A stretch of 54,329 nt of DNA from a virus (taxonomy: Duplodnaviria > Caudoviricetes), in the IMG/VR virus record IMGVR_UViG_3300022178_003244, positions 1-54,329 of that record. One strand, 5' to 3'. The translations under genes were made by a program, and so were the position numbers. The notes under the pieces were generated by a model. The model ran no database searches. It saw only the letters and a list, made by a program, of their open reading frames with translations, and was not told the DNA's origin. This document shows positions 17,353 to 28,337 of the stretch, in pieces. The number at the start of each line of letters is the position of its first letter. Positions within the stretch are counted from its first letter, which is position 1.

Positions 17353-17748
17353 ATGAATATCGCAATTATAGGTTCACCAAAATACGATAGTGTTAGAGCC
17401 GTTAGAGATTTTTTATTTAATATCAAACAAAAGTTAGGTACTGATGTTAACATTATTACACGAGGTAATAAAGATGGATGTGAGAAGTGGGTTAGAAAAT
17501 ACGCATTAGAATTTGGGTTTAGATATACCGAATACAACCCCGCACATACTAGTAGAAATTTGTATAGTGGGATGAGTAATGATTACTACGACAAACCATA
17601 CCACCCAACTCAGAGATTACATCAATATGATTGTATTGTAAAACACTCTGATAAGATTATCTATTTCGGTGGTATAAAGCCAACGGAGCAGAAATATTTT
17701 GAAAAATTGTTAGGTAGATTTAACAAAAAAGTGAATTATATAAATTAA
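17353..17748 (+). CDS. SLOG-fold (YspA/DprA-like) protein
   Basis: MNIAIIGS..., IITRG.K.G.E, IVKHSD.II.F. Confidence 0.6.
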   Translation: MNIAIIGSPKYDSVRAVRDFLFNIKQKLGTDVNIITRGNKDGCEKWVRKYALEFGFRYTEYNPAHTSRNLYSGMSNDYYDKPYHPTQRLHQYDCIVKHSDKIIYFGGIKPTEQKYFEKLLGRFNKKVNYIN

Positions 17749-17753
17749 TTATA

Positions 17754-17761
17754 ATATTTAT
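17754..17761 (+). promoter_or_regulatory. Candidate late promoter motif ATATTTAT
   Basis: Same 8-mer sits shortly upstream of several probable late genes. Confidence 0.4.
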
Positions 17762-17780
17762 TCTAAAGAGAAAACAAGTT

Positions 17781-19178
17781 ATGAGTAAAACAAAAAAGAA
17801 GCCTCTGATACTTCTATTATCAGATGATATGAGGTTACATAGTGGTATTGCCACAATGTCTAAGGAGATAGTACTCCATACTGCACATAAATATGATTGG
17901 TTACAAGTAGGTGCTGCAGTTAAACATCCAGACGAAGGTAAGTTATTTGATGTTTCAGATTCTGTAAATGAAGAGGCAGGTATTGATAATGCGAGTGTTC
18001 GTATTATTCCTCAAAGTGGTTATGGTAATCAAGATTTAATCAGACAACTGATTACAACTGAAAATCCAGATGCTATTCTACATTTCACCGACCCACGCTT
18101 TTGGGATTGGTTATACGCTATGGAAGACGAAATCCGTAGACACATTCCTATTATGTATTATAATATCTGGGATGATTTACCAGACCCACAATGGAACGCA
18201 CCATTCTATGGTAGTTGTGATTTACTAATGGGTATTTCAAAACAAACATATGGTATCAACAAACGAGTGATGGAGAAGTATGGGATGCCTATGAAAGATT
18301 GGCAGATAACATATGTACCACATGGTGTATCTGAGAAGTTTAAACCAATTCTATCCGATTCTGATGAGTATCAGCAAGTGACTGATATGAAATCTAAATT
18401 AGGTATTGATAAAAAGAAATTTGTAGTTCTTTATAACAATAGAAACATTCGTAGAAAGAATCCAGGTGATGTTGTATTGGCATACAAAGAATTTTGTGAT
18501 ACACTTACACCAGATGCAGCGCATGATGTAGTTCTTTTATTACATACTCAACGAGTAGACCCCAATGGGACAGATTTACCAGAAGTAATTCAAAATGTAT
18601 GTCCTGATTATGATGTTAAGTTTACAGATTCACAGTTCTCAACCGATGAGTTGAATGTTCTCTATAACGTTGCAGATGTTACAATCAATATGGCATCAAA
18701 CGAAGGATTTGGATTAGCAACGTGTGAATCAGTCAGAGCAGGAACACCAATTATTGTTAATGTAACAGGTGGTATGCAAGACCAATGTAACTTTACAATT
18801 GATGGTAAATACATTACCGCAGAACAATATGTTGAATTAGGTTCATTACATGACAAAAAGAAATTACCAAAAAATCTTAGTTGGGGTAGTTGGGTAAACC
18901 CAATTTGGCCTACCAATCGGTCATTGCAAGGGTCTCCTATGACACCTTACATATTTGATGACAGATGTTCATATGAAGACGCAGGAAAAGCAATCAAACA
19001 ATGGTATGATACACCATCGGAACGAAGAACCCAATGTGGGTTGGAAGGTTCTGATTGGATTAATTCAGAAGAAAGTGGAATGAGTGCAAAGAATATGGGT
19101 CAGAGATTTATTGATTCAATTGACAATACACTAAAAAATTATTCACCAAAAACAGATATAACATTATGGAAAATATAA
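17781..19178 (+). CDS. GT-B (GT4-like) glycosyltransferase
   Basis: SG.A N-terminal loop, VPHGV, NRNIRRK, NEGFGLATCE. Confidence 0.85.
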   Translation: MSKTKKKPLILLLSDDMRLHSGIATMSKEIVLHTAHKYDWLQVGAAVKHPDEGKLFDVSDSVNEEAGIDNASVRIIPQSGYGNQDLIRQLITTENPDAILHFTDPRFWDWLYAMEDEIRRHIPIMYYNIWDDLPDPQWNAPFYGSCDLLMGISKQTYGINKRVMEKYGMPMKDWQITYVPHGVSEKFKPILSDSDEYQQVTDMKSKLGIDKKKFVVLYNNRNIRRKNPGDVVLAYKEFCDTLTPDAAHDVVLLLHTQRVDPNGTDLPEVIQNVCPDYDVKFTDSQFSTDELNVLYNVADVTINMASNEGFGLATCESVRAGTPIIVNVTGGMQDQCNFTIDGKYITAEQYVELGSLHDKKKLPKNLSWGSWVNPIWPTNRSLQGSPMTPYIFDDRCSYEDAGKAIKQWYDTPSERRTQCGLEGSDWINSEESGMSAKNMGQRFIDSIDNTLKNYSPKTDITLWKI

Positions 19179-20509
19179 AAAAGTTATGTGTAATTAGTTG
19201 TCCAATATCTACGAGGAGTGGGTACGGTGCACGAAGTAGAGATTTCGTAAGAGGTTTAATTGAATCAAAGCCAGAGTGGGATATTAAAATTCTATCTCAA
19301 AGATGGGGTAGTACTGCAATGGATGCTCTTAAAGAAGAAGAGGACTCAGATTTACTAGATAGAATCATCACACAGAAGATGGATAGTAAACCCAACATAT
19401 GGATTCAAATTACAGTACCAAATGAATTTCAACCCGTAGGTGATTACAACATAGGTTTAACTGCAGGTGTTGAAACAACTATAATGCCCGCTGAGTGTTT
19501 AGATGGAATCAATCGTATGGATAAAGTATTAGTATCATCTGAATTTACAAAGCAAGTGATTATGAATACTGTGTTTGAAAAGAAAGATAAAGCTACTGAT
19601 AAACCAATGGGTAATCTTAAATGTGAAACTCCAATTGAGGTTCTTTTTGAAGGGATTGACTTAGAGGTATACGATGACAAAGCAGAATCAGAAGATAGGA
19701 TTGATGAAGTTATGAGAGATATCAAAGAAGATTTCTCATTCTTATTCGTTGGTCATTGGTTGAAAGGAGATTTTGGTCAAGATAGAAAGAATGTAAGTGG
19801 TTTAATTTATACATTCCTACAAGCATTTCAAAATAAGAAAAAAGCACCTGCATTGATTCTAAAAACATCAGCAGGGTCAACATCATTGGTTGATAGAGAT
19901 AGGTTAAGAAAGTTAGTTAAGAGTATACGAACTCAAGTAGGTGGTGATAGATTACCGAATATATACTTACTACATTCAGATTTAACAGATTGGGAGATGA
20001 ACGCATTGTATAATCACCCAAAGGTAAAAGCTCACGTTTCATTTACAAGAGGTGAGGGTTTTGGTAGACCTTTATTGGAAGCTACTATTAGTGGTAAACC
20101 AATGCTTGTTAGTGGGTGGAGTGGTCATATGGATTTTATTAATTCAGATTACGTTACAGTCCTAAATGGTCAGTTGGAAAAAGTACACAAATCAGCTGCA
20201 GATAAATTCCTATTAGCAGAATCACAATGGTTTTCCGTTGATTACAATCAAGCAGGTGGTGTTATGAGAGATATGGTAAGCAACTATAAAACGTATTTAG
20301 AGAAATCTAGAAAACACCGAAAGCATAGTAAGGATAACTTTTCGTTTGATAAGATGGTTGAAAAAATAGGAGAACTATTTGATGATAACAACATAAAAGT
20401 TACACAACAACCAAAGCAAGTTGGTTTGAAACTACCAGTCTTAAAAAAAGTAAATAAGAAAGCTGAGCCAACTAAGATTAATTTACCTCGTTTAAAAAAG
20501 GTTAAATAG
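19166..20509 (+). CDS. GT-B (GT4-like) glycosyltransferase
   Basis: SGYG, DRKN, GEGFGRPLLEA, WSGHMDF. Confidence 0.85.
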   Translation: MENIKKLCVISCPISTRSGYGARSRDFVRGLIESKPEWDIKILSQRWGSTAMDALKEEEDSDLLDRIITQKMDSKPNIWIQITVPNEFQPVGDYNIGLTAGVETTIMPAECLDGINRMDKVLVSSEFTKQVIMNTVFEKKDKATDKPMGNLKCETPIEVLFEGIDLEVYDDKAESEDRIDEVMRDIKEDFSFLFVGHWLKGDFGQDRKNVSGLIYTFLQAFQNKKKAPALILKTSAGSTSLVDRDRLRKLVKSIRTQVGGDRLPNIYLLHSDLTDWEMNALYNHPKVKAHVSFTRGEGFGRPLLEATISGKPMLVSGWSGHMDFINSDYVTVLNGQLEKVHKSAADKFLLAESQWFSVDYNQAGGVMRDMVSNYKTYLEKSRKHRKHSKDNFSFDKMVEKIGELFDDNNIKVTQQPKQVGLKLPVLKKVNKKAEPTKINLPRLKKVK

Positions 20510-21024
20510 TGGGATTTTACAACGCACATTTAAGAAAAACATCAGACCCTACTCCAATTAGTAAAACTAAGATGGAGAGGGGTATGGTGGTTAAGATTAA
20601 GTATAAAAAAGATACAGAAACTAAACTATATTTAGTATTAATTCTTCAACCCAAGTGGCCAAATACAAAAGAAGGTAAGTTACATGGGTTATCATTAGAT
20701 GCAATTCCACCTAATAAGTTAAATGAATTATCTAAAGAAAATGATGAGGTGATATCAACATCATCTAAAGTTAAAAAATTAGATTTAGCAAAGATTCAAA
20801 TCAACGAATCTTCTAAAGTATTCTATACATCAGAAATCAAAAACAAAAAACAACTGAAAGCGGGTTATAGAACATTTAATCTATTAGATATAGAAACAAT
20901 CCAAGCAGTTAACTACGATTGGGGCAAGTATGATAAGGTTGGTGATAGAAATGAACGTAGACTAAAGTTAGAAGAAGAAGCACGAGAACGTAAGGAGCAA
21001 GAAGAAAACAAAAAAACAAAATAA
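20509..21024 (+). CDS. Hypothetical protein
   Basis: GTG start coupled to upstream stop; coding-like composition. Confidence 0.6.
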   Translation: MGFYNAHLRKTSDPTPISKTKMERGMVVKIKYKKDTETKLYLVLILQPKWPNTKEGKLHGLSLDAIPPNKLNELSKENDEVISTSSKVKKLDLAKIQINESSKVFYTSEIKNKKQLKAGYRTFNLLDIETIQAVNYDWGKYDKVGDRNERRLKLEEEARERKEQEENKKTK

Positions 21025-21027
21025 TGT

Positions 21028-21058
21028 TTGTTTAATTGAATATTTTTTTGTATATTTA
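21028..21058 (+). promoter_or_regulatory. Bacteroidota-type promoter heading the glycan operon
   Basis: TTTGT-N19-TATATTTA variant. Confidence 0.6.
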
Positions 21059-21076
21059 CATCAACAATAAAACATT

Positions 21077-21697
21077 ATGAAAATAAGTTACGCAATACCA
21101 GTTTGTAATGAACACGTTGAAATCCAACGATTAATAACATTTTTATTAAAGCATAAGAAACCACAAGATACTATTGTGGTTTTATTTGATTCTGAGAACG
21201 GAACATCTGCAGTAGAACGGTATCTAAGAAGCCACTCTGTCAATGATGAGTTTATATGGATACCATATAAATTCGATGGACACTTTGGTAATATGAAAAA
21301 TAAACTAACTAGCCATTGTGGTGGTGATTATATATTTCAGATTGATGCAGACGAAATTCCAAATGAATCATTGATGCTTAACATTCATGCAATACTTGAA
21401 GAGAATGAGGTTGATGTTGTTTTAGTACCTAGAGTTAATACAGTAGAAGGTTTAACTGATGAACATATCCAAAAATGGGGATGGAACGTAGATGAAAAGG
21501 GATGGGTAAACTTTCCAGATTATCAATGGCGATTGTATAAGAATAAGAAAACAATCCAATGGCAGAATAAAGTACATGAAACTTTAATCGGATTCGATAC
21601 TATATCTAATTTGCCTTCAATAGAAGAGTTATCATTGTACCATCCAAAAACAATTGATAGACAAGAAAAACAAAACGCATACTACGATACATTATGA
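21077..21697 (+). CDS. GT2 family glycosyltransferase
   Basis: ISYAIPVCNE, QIDADE, DYQWRL, KVHE. Confidence 0.85.
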   Translation: MKISYAIPVCNEHVEIQRLITFLLKHKKPQDTIVVLFDSENGTSAVERYLRSHSVNDEFIWIPYKFDGHFGNMKNKLTSHCGGDYIFQIDADEIPNESLMLNIHAILEENEVDVVLVPRVNTVEGLTDEHIQKWGWNVDEKGWVNFPDYQWRLYKNKKTIQWQNKVHETLIGFDTISNLPSIEELSLYHPKTIDRQEKQNAYYDTL

Positions 21698-23442
21698 TGA
21701 AAATAGGAATCATTGGTAATGGTTACTTTGGTAAAAAAATATACAATACTTTAATAGATAAGTACAATATTGTATTTTTTACTGGTAGAGATATGGATAT
21801 CACATATGATGTCGATTGGGTTGTTATTGCAACACCCATCGACTCACATTATGATTTGTGTAAAGAATTTATACTAAAGGGTGTTAATGTATTTGTTGAA
21901 AAACCAATGACATTATCATATACCGATTCAGAGAAACTCATTCAGTTAGCAGAAGATAATAATGTAAGAATTTACATAGATGATGTTTTTAGATTTACAC
22001 AAGGATATTGGGATTTAATTCAACAACCACGTATTTCTAATGAACCACTTTATTTTAACTGGAATAAGTATGGTTCATTTGGAGATACTATATTTAATGC
22101 ACTAACATATCACGATATCTATATTGCGTTATCAATGGGGTATGATTTAAGTGGTGATATTGAGTTTGAATATAATAGAGTAAATCAAAAATCATTTACA
22201 ATAGGTAAAGTTCATTTTGCGTATGACAGAACGAATAATCAAAAAGTAAAAACTGCATCTATAAATGGATATGTAATTGATTTTAGAACAAATCTAAATC
22301 CATTAGATACTATGTTTAATAACGTATTTAATAACAATGTAGATTTTGATACCAATAACTCATTAGCATTACAATCACAAAAGGTATTGGATAGGTTAAA
22401 TAAACTAAAACCTAAAGTAGCAGTAGTAGGTGCTGGTATATTTGGAATCACATCAGCACTTAAATTAAGTGAAAATTTAGATGTGACTTTATTTGAAAAG
22501 AACGATGATATACTTCAAAATGCTAGTTCTATAAATCAATACAGATTACATAGAGGATATCATTATCCACGTAGTATAGAAACGACATTAACATCTAAAG
22601 AAGGAACAAAAACATTTTCGAAATTCTTTGATGGTGTTGAAATATTTGATACCGAACAATATTATGCAATAGCATCAATGGGTTCTAAAGTATCACCTTC
22701 TGAATACGAATCATTTATGAAGAAATGTGGATTGCATTATAAAGAAACTAAAAATGATTTAGTTACAACTAATGTAGCTGCATTATATGAAGTAGATGAG
22801 GGGTTATTTGACCCAATTTCGTTGTATATGAAATGTAATGAACACTTAAATCATTCCAACGTAGATTTAAGATTGAATACACCATATAGTAGTGATTTTA
22901 GTAAAGATTTTGATTATGTTATAAATTGTACATATTCAAATTTGAATGAGGTGTTTGGTGGTGATACTGAATATCAATTTGAGGTATGTGAGAAGCCGGT
23001 AGTGAGGTTACCATCTAAATACAAAGGTAAGGGTATTGTTGTGATGGATGGCCCATTCACTTGTATCGACCCATATTCTAATACAGATTATCACGTAGTA
23101 GGTAACGTTGTACACGCAATACATTCCACAAATGTTGGTAGGTATCCTGCAATTAGTGGAGAACTTAATAAACTTTTAAACAAAGGTGTTATTAAGAATC
23201 CATCTGTAACAAAATTTCCATTGTTCAAAGAATCACTAAAACATTTCTTTGGAATTGATGAGGTAGAACACATTGGTTCAATGTACACCGTAAGAACTGT
23301 ACTTGTAAATAGAGATTTTGATGATGCTAGACCTTCTATTGTAAAGAAAGAATCAATAGGTAAGTATTCAGTATTCTCAGGTAAAATATCTACATCGATT
23401 GATACAGCCAATGAATTAAATCAATATATAATGAAACAATAA
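21694..23442 (+). CDS. Gfo/Idh/MocA oxidoreductase fused to FAD-dependent oxidoreductase
   Basis: GIIGNGYFG and VEKP in N-half; VVGAGIFG, RLHRGYHYPRS, SGKI in C-half. Confidence 0.8.
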   Translation: MMKIGIIGNGYFGKKIYNTLIDKYNIVFFTGRDMDITYDVDWVVIATPIDSHYDLCKEFILKGVNVFVEKPMTLSYTDSEKLIQLAEDNNVRIYIDDVFRFTQGYWDLIQQPRISNEPLYFNWNKYGSFGDTIFNALTYHDIYIALSMGYDLSGDIEFEYNRVNQKSFTIGKVHFAYDRTNNQKVKTASINGYVIDFRTNLNPLDTMFNNVFNNNVDFDTNNSLALQSQKVLDRLNKLKPKVAVVGAGIFGITSALKLSENLDVTLFEKNDDILQNASSINQYRLHRGYHYPRSIETTLTSKEGTKTFSKFFDGVEIFDTEQYYAIASMGSKVSPSEYESFMKKCGLHYKETKNDLVTTNVAALYEVDEGLFDPISLYMKCNEHLNHSNVDLRLNTPYSSDFSKDFDYVINCTYSNLNEVFGGDTEYQFEVCEKPVVRLPSKYKGKGIVVMDGPFTCIDPYSNTDYHVVGNVVHAIHSTNVGRYPAISGELNKLLNKGVIKNPSVTKFPLFKESLKHFFGIDEVEHIGSMYTVRTVLVNRDFDDARPSIVKKESIGKYSVFSGKISTSIDTANELNQYIMKQ

Positions 23443-23443
23443 T

Positions 23444-24868
23444 ATGATATTTTATAGAACAGTAGATAATAAACTACACCATGCAGGTGAAGTTCCAAAT
23501 GTAGGGTTTTCACTAAACGATGCATCATATATACCCGATGAATACTTAGATGAACAAAATTTTATAATTCTAAGAACTTGTTTTGGGTTGGGTGATTGGG
23601 GAATCATATCAGCATTTCCAAAGAAGTTAAAAGAGAAATATCCTGATTGTAAGGTATGGATTCCTTCACCTAAATTACTAAAACAAATGTTTGGTAGTAT
23701 GGAATCAAATTGGAGTTCTTGGGATGACCCATTTCAAGTAGTTCATACTATATTTGATAACAACCCATACGTTGATGGATTCATTGATGAATTTAAAGGG
23801 GAAGTATTCAACGACCATTATAAATTATATGAAACTCCAAAAGAAGATGTACCATTGTTAGAACAGATTCTAAAGTTCTGGCAATTTGATAACTTTGATG
23901 GTATCGAGCCTGAAATATATTGGAGTGATTCTGAAAAAGAATTAGGTGATAAAATAATCAAAGAACATACAGATGGTAACTTTGGTACATTACTAATAGC
24001 CAACAGATACAAAAACGATTCAGTTGATTTGATACAAAATAAATTAGATGAATATGATTTACCTATGTTTTATTGGACTTCTGAAAAAGATAGTGGATTT
24101 AAATTTAAAAAATCTTTGGATTTAAGACACATTGATATTAGAGTACAAATGTACATAAAATCTAAAGCAGTATTTAATGTAGGAAATCAATGTGGTGTTA
24201 ATGATACTATATCAAACTACGCACCTACATTTAGTGTTCCAAAGAATCAACTAAAATCTAATATAGTTAAATCACAAAACTATATGTGGAAAGAGGTTAC
24301 AAAAGTACTAAACGAATTACCAGATAAGTGGGAAGTTAAAACAACAACATCCAAAAAGTGGAAAGAAGGGTTGTATAACTTTATTAAGTATCATAATATA
24401 AAATCAGTTTTAGAGATAGGAACATCATTAGGACACACCACATACTTTGTAGCTCATTTTGTTGATAAGGTAACTACATTAGAGTTTTATGAGGATAGAG
24501 TAAAACGAGCAAGTAAATTATCTGAAAAACATAACAACATTAATTTTATATGTGGAAGTGCATATGATGAATGGAACTTTGATTATCACGATTTAGTAAT
24601 AATAGATTGTATCCACAAATATAAGTATATAAAATCAGATATTGAAAATGCGATAAACTTAGGTACTAAATATATTGCGTTTGATGATTATGGTTTATTT
24701 CCTGAATTGAAAACCGCAATAGATGAAGCAATAGATTCGGGTAGATTAGAATTAGTATATAAAATCGGATACCCAGCAGGTACACATTTTTATATGTCAA
24801 AATCAACTAACACTACATCTGATAAAGTACTTGCAGATAGTGAAGGTATAATTTGTAGAGTATTATGA
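23444..24868 (+). CDS. Glycosyltransferase-like (GT9-like) domain fused to class I SAM methyltransferase
   Basis: GLGD...NNPYVD N-domain; VLEIGTSLG, IDCIH, FDDY C-domain. Confidence 0.65.
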   Translation: MIFYRTVDNKLHHAGEVPNVGFSLNDASYIPDEYLDEQNFIILRTCFGLGDWGIISAFPKKLKEKYPDCKVWIPSPKLLKQMFGSMESNWSSWDDPFQVVHTIFDNNPYVDGFIDEFKGEVFNDHYKLYETPKEDVPLLEQILKFWQFDNFDGIEPEIYWSDSEKELGDKIIKEHTDGNFGTLLIANRYKNDSVDLIQNKLDEYDLPMFYWTSEKDSGFKFKKSLDLRHIDIRVQMYIKSKAVFNVGNQCGVNDTISNYAPTFSVPKNQLKSNIVKSQNYMWKEVTKVLNELPDKWEVKTTTSKKWKEGLYNFIKYHNIKSVLEIGTSLGHTTYFVAHFVDKVTTLEFYEDRVKRASKLSEKHNNINFICGSAYDEWNFDYHDLVIIDCIHKYKYIKSDIENAINLGTKYIAFDDYGLFPELKTAIDEAIDSGRLELVYKIGYPAGTHFYMSKSTNTTSDKVLADSEGIICRVL

Positions 24869-25572
24869 GAATAGCAATATATACATCCATCTTTGGTGGA
24901 TATGATAATTTGATTGATGAGCAATTCCAAATGGATGGGGTTGATTATATATGTTTTACTGATAGAGATATTGAATCTAAAACTTGGAAAGTTGTAAAAT
25001 CAACACCAATTTACAATGATTCGAATCGAAACGCTAAAAAGTATAAAGTATTACCACATCGATATTTGAATGATTATGATTGGTCGGTTTGGATTGATGG
25101 TAATATAAAGGTCATTTCAGATATTAGAAGTTTATGTAATGGTGATGCTTATAAATTATACGACCATATGTTAGTTGGTGAGTATGATAGACGTAATTGT
25201 ATTTACGATGAAGCACAAACGATATTAAACTTTGGTAAAATCAATTCAGAAAGATATCCTGAGAAGGGTATAAAGAATTGGAAAGACAGCCCAAAGTTGA
25301 TAGTAGACCAGATGAATAGATATTTATCGGAAGGATATCCTAAGCAAAACGGATTATCAACAACTCCTATTATGGTTAGGAATCATATGGATGATAACGT
25401 TATCAACCATAATGAGGATTGGTGGAGTGAGATTAAACATAACTCAAAGAGAGACCAACTAAGTTTTAATTATATAGCTTGGAAAAACCAATTTAATTTC
25501 GTATATTTGGAAGGTGATTCGCGTAATAACGAATATTTTGTGAGCATGGGGAAACATATAGGTAAAAAATGA
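24865..25572 (+). CDS. DUF616-like glycosyltransferase
   Basis: YTSIFGGYD, CFTD, KVLPHRY, WIDGN, RDQLSF. Confidence 0.8.
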   Translation: MRIAIYTSIFGGYDNLIDEQFQMDGVDYICFTDRDIESKTWKVVKSTPIYNDSNRNAKKYKVLPHRYLNDYDWSVWIDGNIKVISDIRSLCNGDAYKLYDHMLVGEYDRRNCIYDEAQTILNFGKINSERYPEKGIKNWKDSPKLIVDQMNRYLSEGYPKQNGLSTTPIMVRNHMDDNVINHNEDWWSEIKHNSKRDQLSFNYIAWKNQFNFVYLEGDSRNNEYFVSMGKHIGKK

Positions 25573-26333
25573 AAAACGTAATATTCATACCAAATATAGC
25601 AGTTGGTGATGGTAGAAGTACACCATACCATTATTCAGTAAAGAGTTGGAAACGGTGGGGTGAGTTGAATGATGTATTAGTAATTGAGTGGGCAGAACCG
25701 ATTATGGATACATCTACATTTCCAATTATTATGCAGAGGGAGTGGGTGTTTGATATATTAGAACATAATGATATTGATTATGACCAAGTTCTAATTGTAG
25801 ATGCGGATACGATAGTTCATCCCGAATGTCCAAACTTCTTTGAAGAAACAAACCACAATTATGCGGCGGTTGTAAACAACGGATGTTATGAGTGGGTAAC
25901 TCGGAGTGTAAGAGAGTGGGGTAAATCAATGTTTCCAAATGAACCATTAGTGAAACCATACGATTACTTCAATACTGGATTTGTAATTGTAAATAAAAAA
26001 CATAAACCATTCTTTGATGAGATTAAAGAATTGTATCTAAACAGAGGTGAAGAGATAAAACACTACAGAGATACTATAAAGGCAAGTACAGGTCAAACGA
26101 TGGTAAACTTTATGTTACAGAAAAATAACATAGAGGTAACTAAATTATCTGAAGGATATAATCTACAAGATTTATTCAGAAAGAATCTATTACACATACC
26201 CAATAATTCTTGGTTTAGTGATGAACTTCACTTTTTAAACGCAGGTTGGGTATATCATTTTAACGCAATACCACAAAATCCACGAAATGTAGCATATTGG
26301 ATGGAACGAACTTATAACGAATTATACAAATAA
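25569..26333 (+). CDS. GT-A (GT8-like) glycosyltransferase
   Basis: VDAD DxD motif, YFNTGF, Q..VN, YHF. Confidence 0.75.
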   Translation: MKNVIFIPNIAVGDGRSTPYHYSVKSWKRWGELNDVLVIEWAEPIMDTSTFPIIMQREWVFDILEHNDIDYDQVLIVDADTIVHPECPNFFEETNHNYAAVVNNGCYEWVTRSVREWGKSMFPNEPLVKPYDYFNTGFVIVNKKHKPFFDEIKELYLNRGEEIKHYRDTIKASTGQTMVNFMLQKNNIEVTKLSEGYNLQDLFRKNLLHIPNNSWFSDELHFLNAGWVYHFNAIPQNPRNVAYWMERTYNELYK

Positions 26334-26346
26334 AAAAAAGAATAAA

Positions 26347-26748
26347 ATGAAAAAAAGAATAACAAATATAGATACACTATCCGCATTGATGGATAGATTA
26401 GTTACGGAGAATATTAAACGATTCTTCTTTGAAAAAGATAAGTTAACTGCTAAAGTTGTACATCAAGATAAAGTAATCTCTGAGATAAAGATTAGACTGA
26501 ATGAGTTATTTTTGGAAGTATATGTTGGTGGTGACTATAATTACATATCTGAGAATAGGACATTTAGTTCGAGTGGTATTGTAGAAAATATGAATGAGCT
26601 TGTTACGAATGATATACATATTGGTGAATCTGATAGAGCCCGATTGGAGATTGCAATGTTAGAAGAAAAACGACTCCGTAAATCAAATGAGGGTAGAGCA
26701 TTAAATAAGAATATGATTGATAAAAACTTTAAAAACTTAGCTAAATGA
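26347..26748 (+). CDS. Hypothetical helical protein (DUF4254-like)
   Basis: DTLSALMDRL...K and N..R...K..ID patterns. Confidence 0.5.
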   Translation: MKKRITNIDTLSALMDRLVTENIKRFFFEKDKLTAKVVHQDKVISEIKIRLNELFLEVYVGGDYNYISENRTFSSSGIVENMNELVTNDIHIGESDRARLEIAMLEEKRLRKSNEGRALNKNMIDKNFKNLAK

Positions 26749-27728
26749 AAGTATTAATTACAGGTGTAGCGGGGTTACTTGGTAGTAGACTTGCTGATTA
26801 CCTAATATCAGAGGGGGTGGAGGTTATTGGTATAGATAATCTAAGTGGAGGCCACATTGATAACGTTCACCCAAACGTAAATTTCTATAATTTAGATTTA
26901 CAAGATAAATCATTAAGAGATATATTTAAAGAGCACAATCCCACATATGTGTATCACTTCGCAGCCTACGCAGCGGAGGGATTATCGCCATTTATTAGAA
27001 CGTACAATTATAATAATAATCTTGTATCTACCGCAAATGTAGTAAACGAATGTATCAGACACAATGTAACTCGGTTAATATTTACTTCTACGATGGCAGT
27101 ATATGGTCATGGGAGTGGTGGAATTTTTGATGAAAAGCAAGTACCTAACCCAATCGACCCTTATGGGGTTGCGAAGTATGGGTGTGAAATGGATATTCAA
27201 ATTGCGGGAGAACAACATGGTCTTGACTGGTGTATCATTAGACCACATAATGTTTATGGTATTAAACAAAACATATGGGATAAGTACAGAAATGTATTAG
27301 GCATATGGATGTATCAAAAACTAAATAACCAACCAATTACAATATACGGAGATGGTACTCAGACGAGAGCGTTCTCATTTATTGATGATTCTATCAAACC
27401 ATTATGGAAAGCAGCCACAATACCAGGTGCTTCAAAGGAGATTATTAATTTAGGTGGTATTGAAGAGATAACAATAAAAAATGCATCGGATGTATTGTTG
27501 GATATAATAGGTTCAACTGATGTTGTACATTTAGAAAAACGACACGAAGTACACTTTGCAGTACCAACGTATCAAAAATCTGTTGATATTTTAGGATTTG
27601 AATATAAAACAAGTCTAAAAGATGGGTTACGTTCAATGTGGGAATGGGCGAATCAACAACCCATGCGAGATAGATTTATTTGGCCTGAATATGAATTAGA
27701 TAATGGTATTTATAATTTTTGGAAATAA
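26745..27728 (+). CDS. NAD-dependent nucleotide-sugar epimerase/dehydratase
   Basis: TGVAGLLGS, HFAA, YGVAK (YxxxK), RPHNVYG, GDGTQTRAF. Confidence 0.92.
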   Translation: MKVLITGVAGLLGSRLADYLISEGVEVIGIDNLSGGHIDNVHPNVNFYNLDLQDKSLRDIFKEHNPTYVYHFAAYAAEGLSPFIRTYNYNNNLVSTANVVNECIRHNVTRLIFTSTMAVYGHGSGGIFDEKQVPNPIDPYGVAKYGCEMDIQIAGEQHGLDWCIIRPHNVYGIKQNIWDKYRNVLGIWMYQKLNNQPITIYGDGTQTRAFSFIDDSIKPLWKAATIPGASKEIINLGGIEEITIKNASDVLLDIIGSTDVVHLEKRHEVHFAVPTYQKSVDILGFEYKTSLKDGLRSMWEWANQQPMRDRFIWPEYELDNGIYNFWK

Positions 27729-28336
27729 TGAAAATGAACGCAATCGAATTAGTAAAAAAAGGGTATTCCATTGGAATGGTACAAGAAAAAGATGAAATCA
27801 CAGGCCTTACCAATTTCTTATTGGAATTAGAACCTACTAACGTAATGGAAATTGGGTCTAAGTTAGGTGGCACATTTGAAATTTTGTGTAATATAGCAAC
27901 TAATAAAAAGATATCCGTAGATTTACCTGGAGGTATTCATGGTGGTTGGATTACAATGGGACATCCATATTTGGGTGATTCATATAAATTAAGAGATGAT
28001 TACTTTCTACATAATTATGATAATGTATATATGTGTAATGGTGATTCACATTTAGATTCAACCCTAACACAAATAACCGATTTCGTAAAAGGAGAGACTG
28101 TGGATTTTCTGTTTATAGATGGAGACCATACTTACGATGGGGTGATGCAAGACTTTGAAATGTACAAACATTTAGTTACACCTGGAGGCTGGGTTGGATT
28201 TCATGATATTAATGATACCCAACACCACAGAGACTTAAACGTTTATGTTGGTAAATTTTGGGATGAGTTAAAGGGAAACAAAATAACATTTAATATGAAC
28301 AAGCACTGGGCGGGTATTGGTGTAATACAATTATAA
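27728..28336 (+). CDS. Class I SAM methyltransferase (Methyltransf_24-like)
   Basis: MEIGSKLGG, FIDGDHTY, GGWVGFHD. Confidence 0.85.
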   Translation: MKMNAIELVKKGYSIGMVQEKDEITGLTNFLLELEPTNVMEIGSKLGGTFEILCNIATNKKISVDLPGGIHGGWITMGHPYLGDSYKLRDDYFLHNYDNVYMCNGDSHLDSTLTQITDFVKGETVDFLFIDGDHTYDGVMQDFEMYKHLVTPGGWVGFHDINDTQHHRDLNVYVGKFWDELKGNKITFNMNKHWAGIGVIQL

Positions 28337-28337
28337 T

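Noticed and set aside
20509-21024. T4 gp2-like DNA end protector
   Set aside because: Only a faint pattern similarity (G....Y...L.L...GL.L); key motifs not convincing without a profile search
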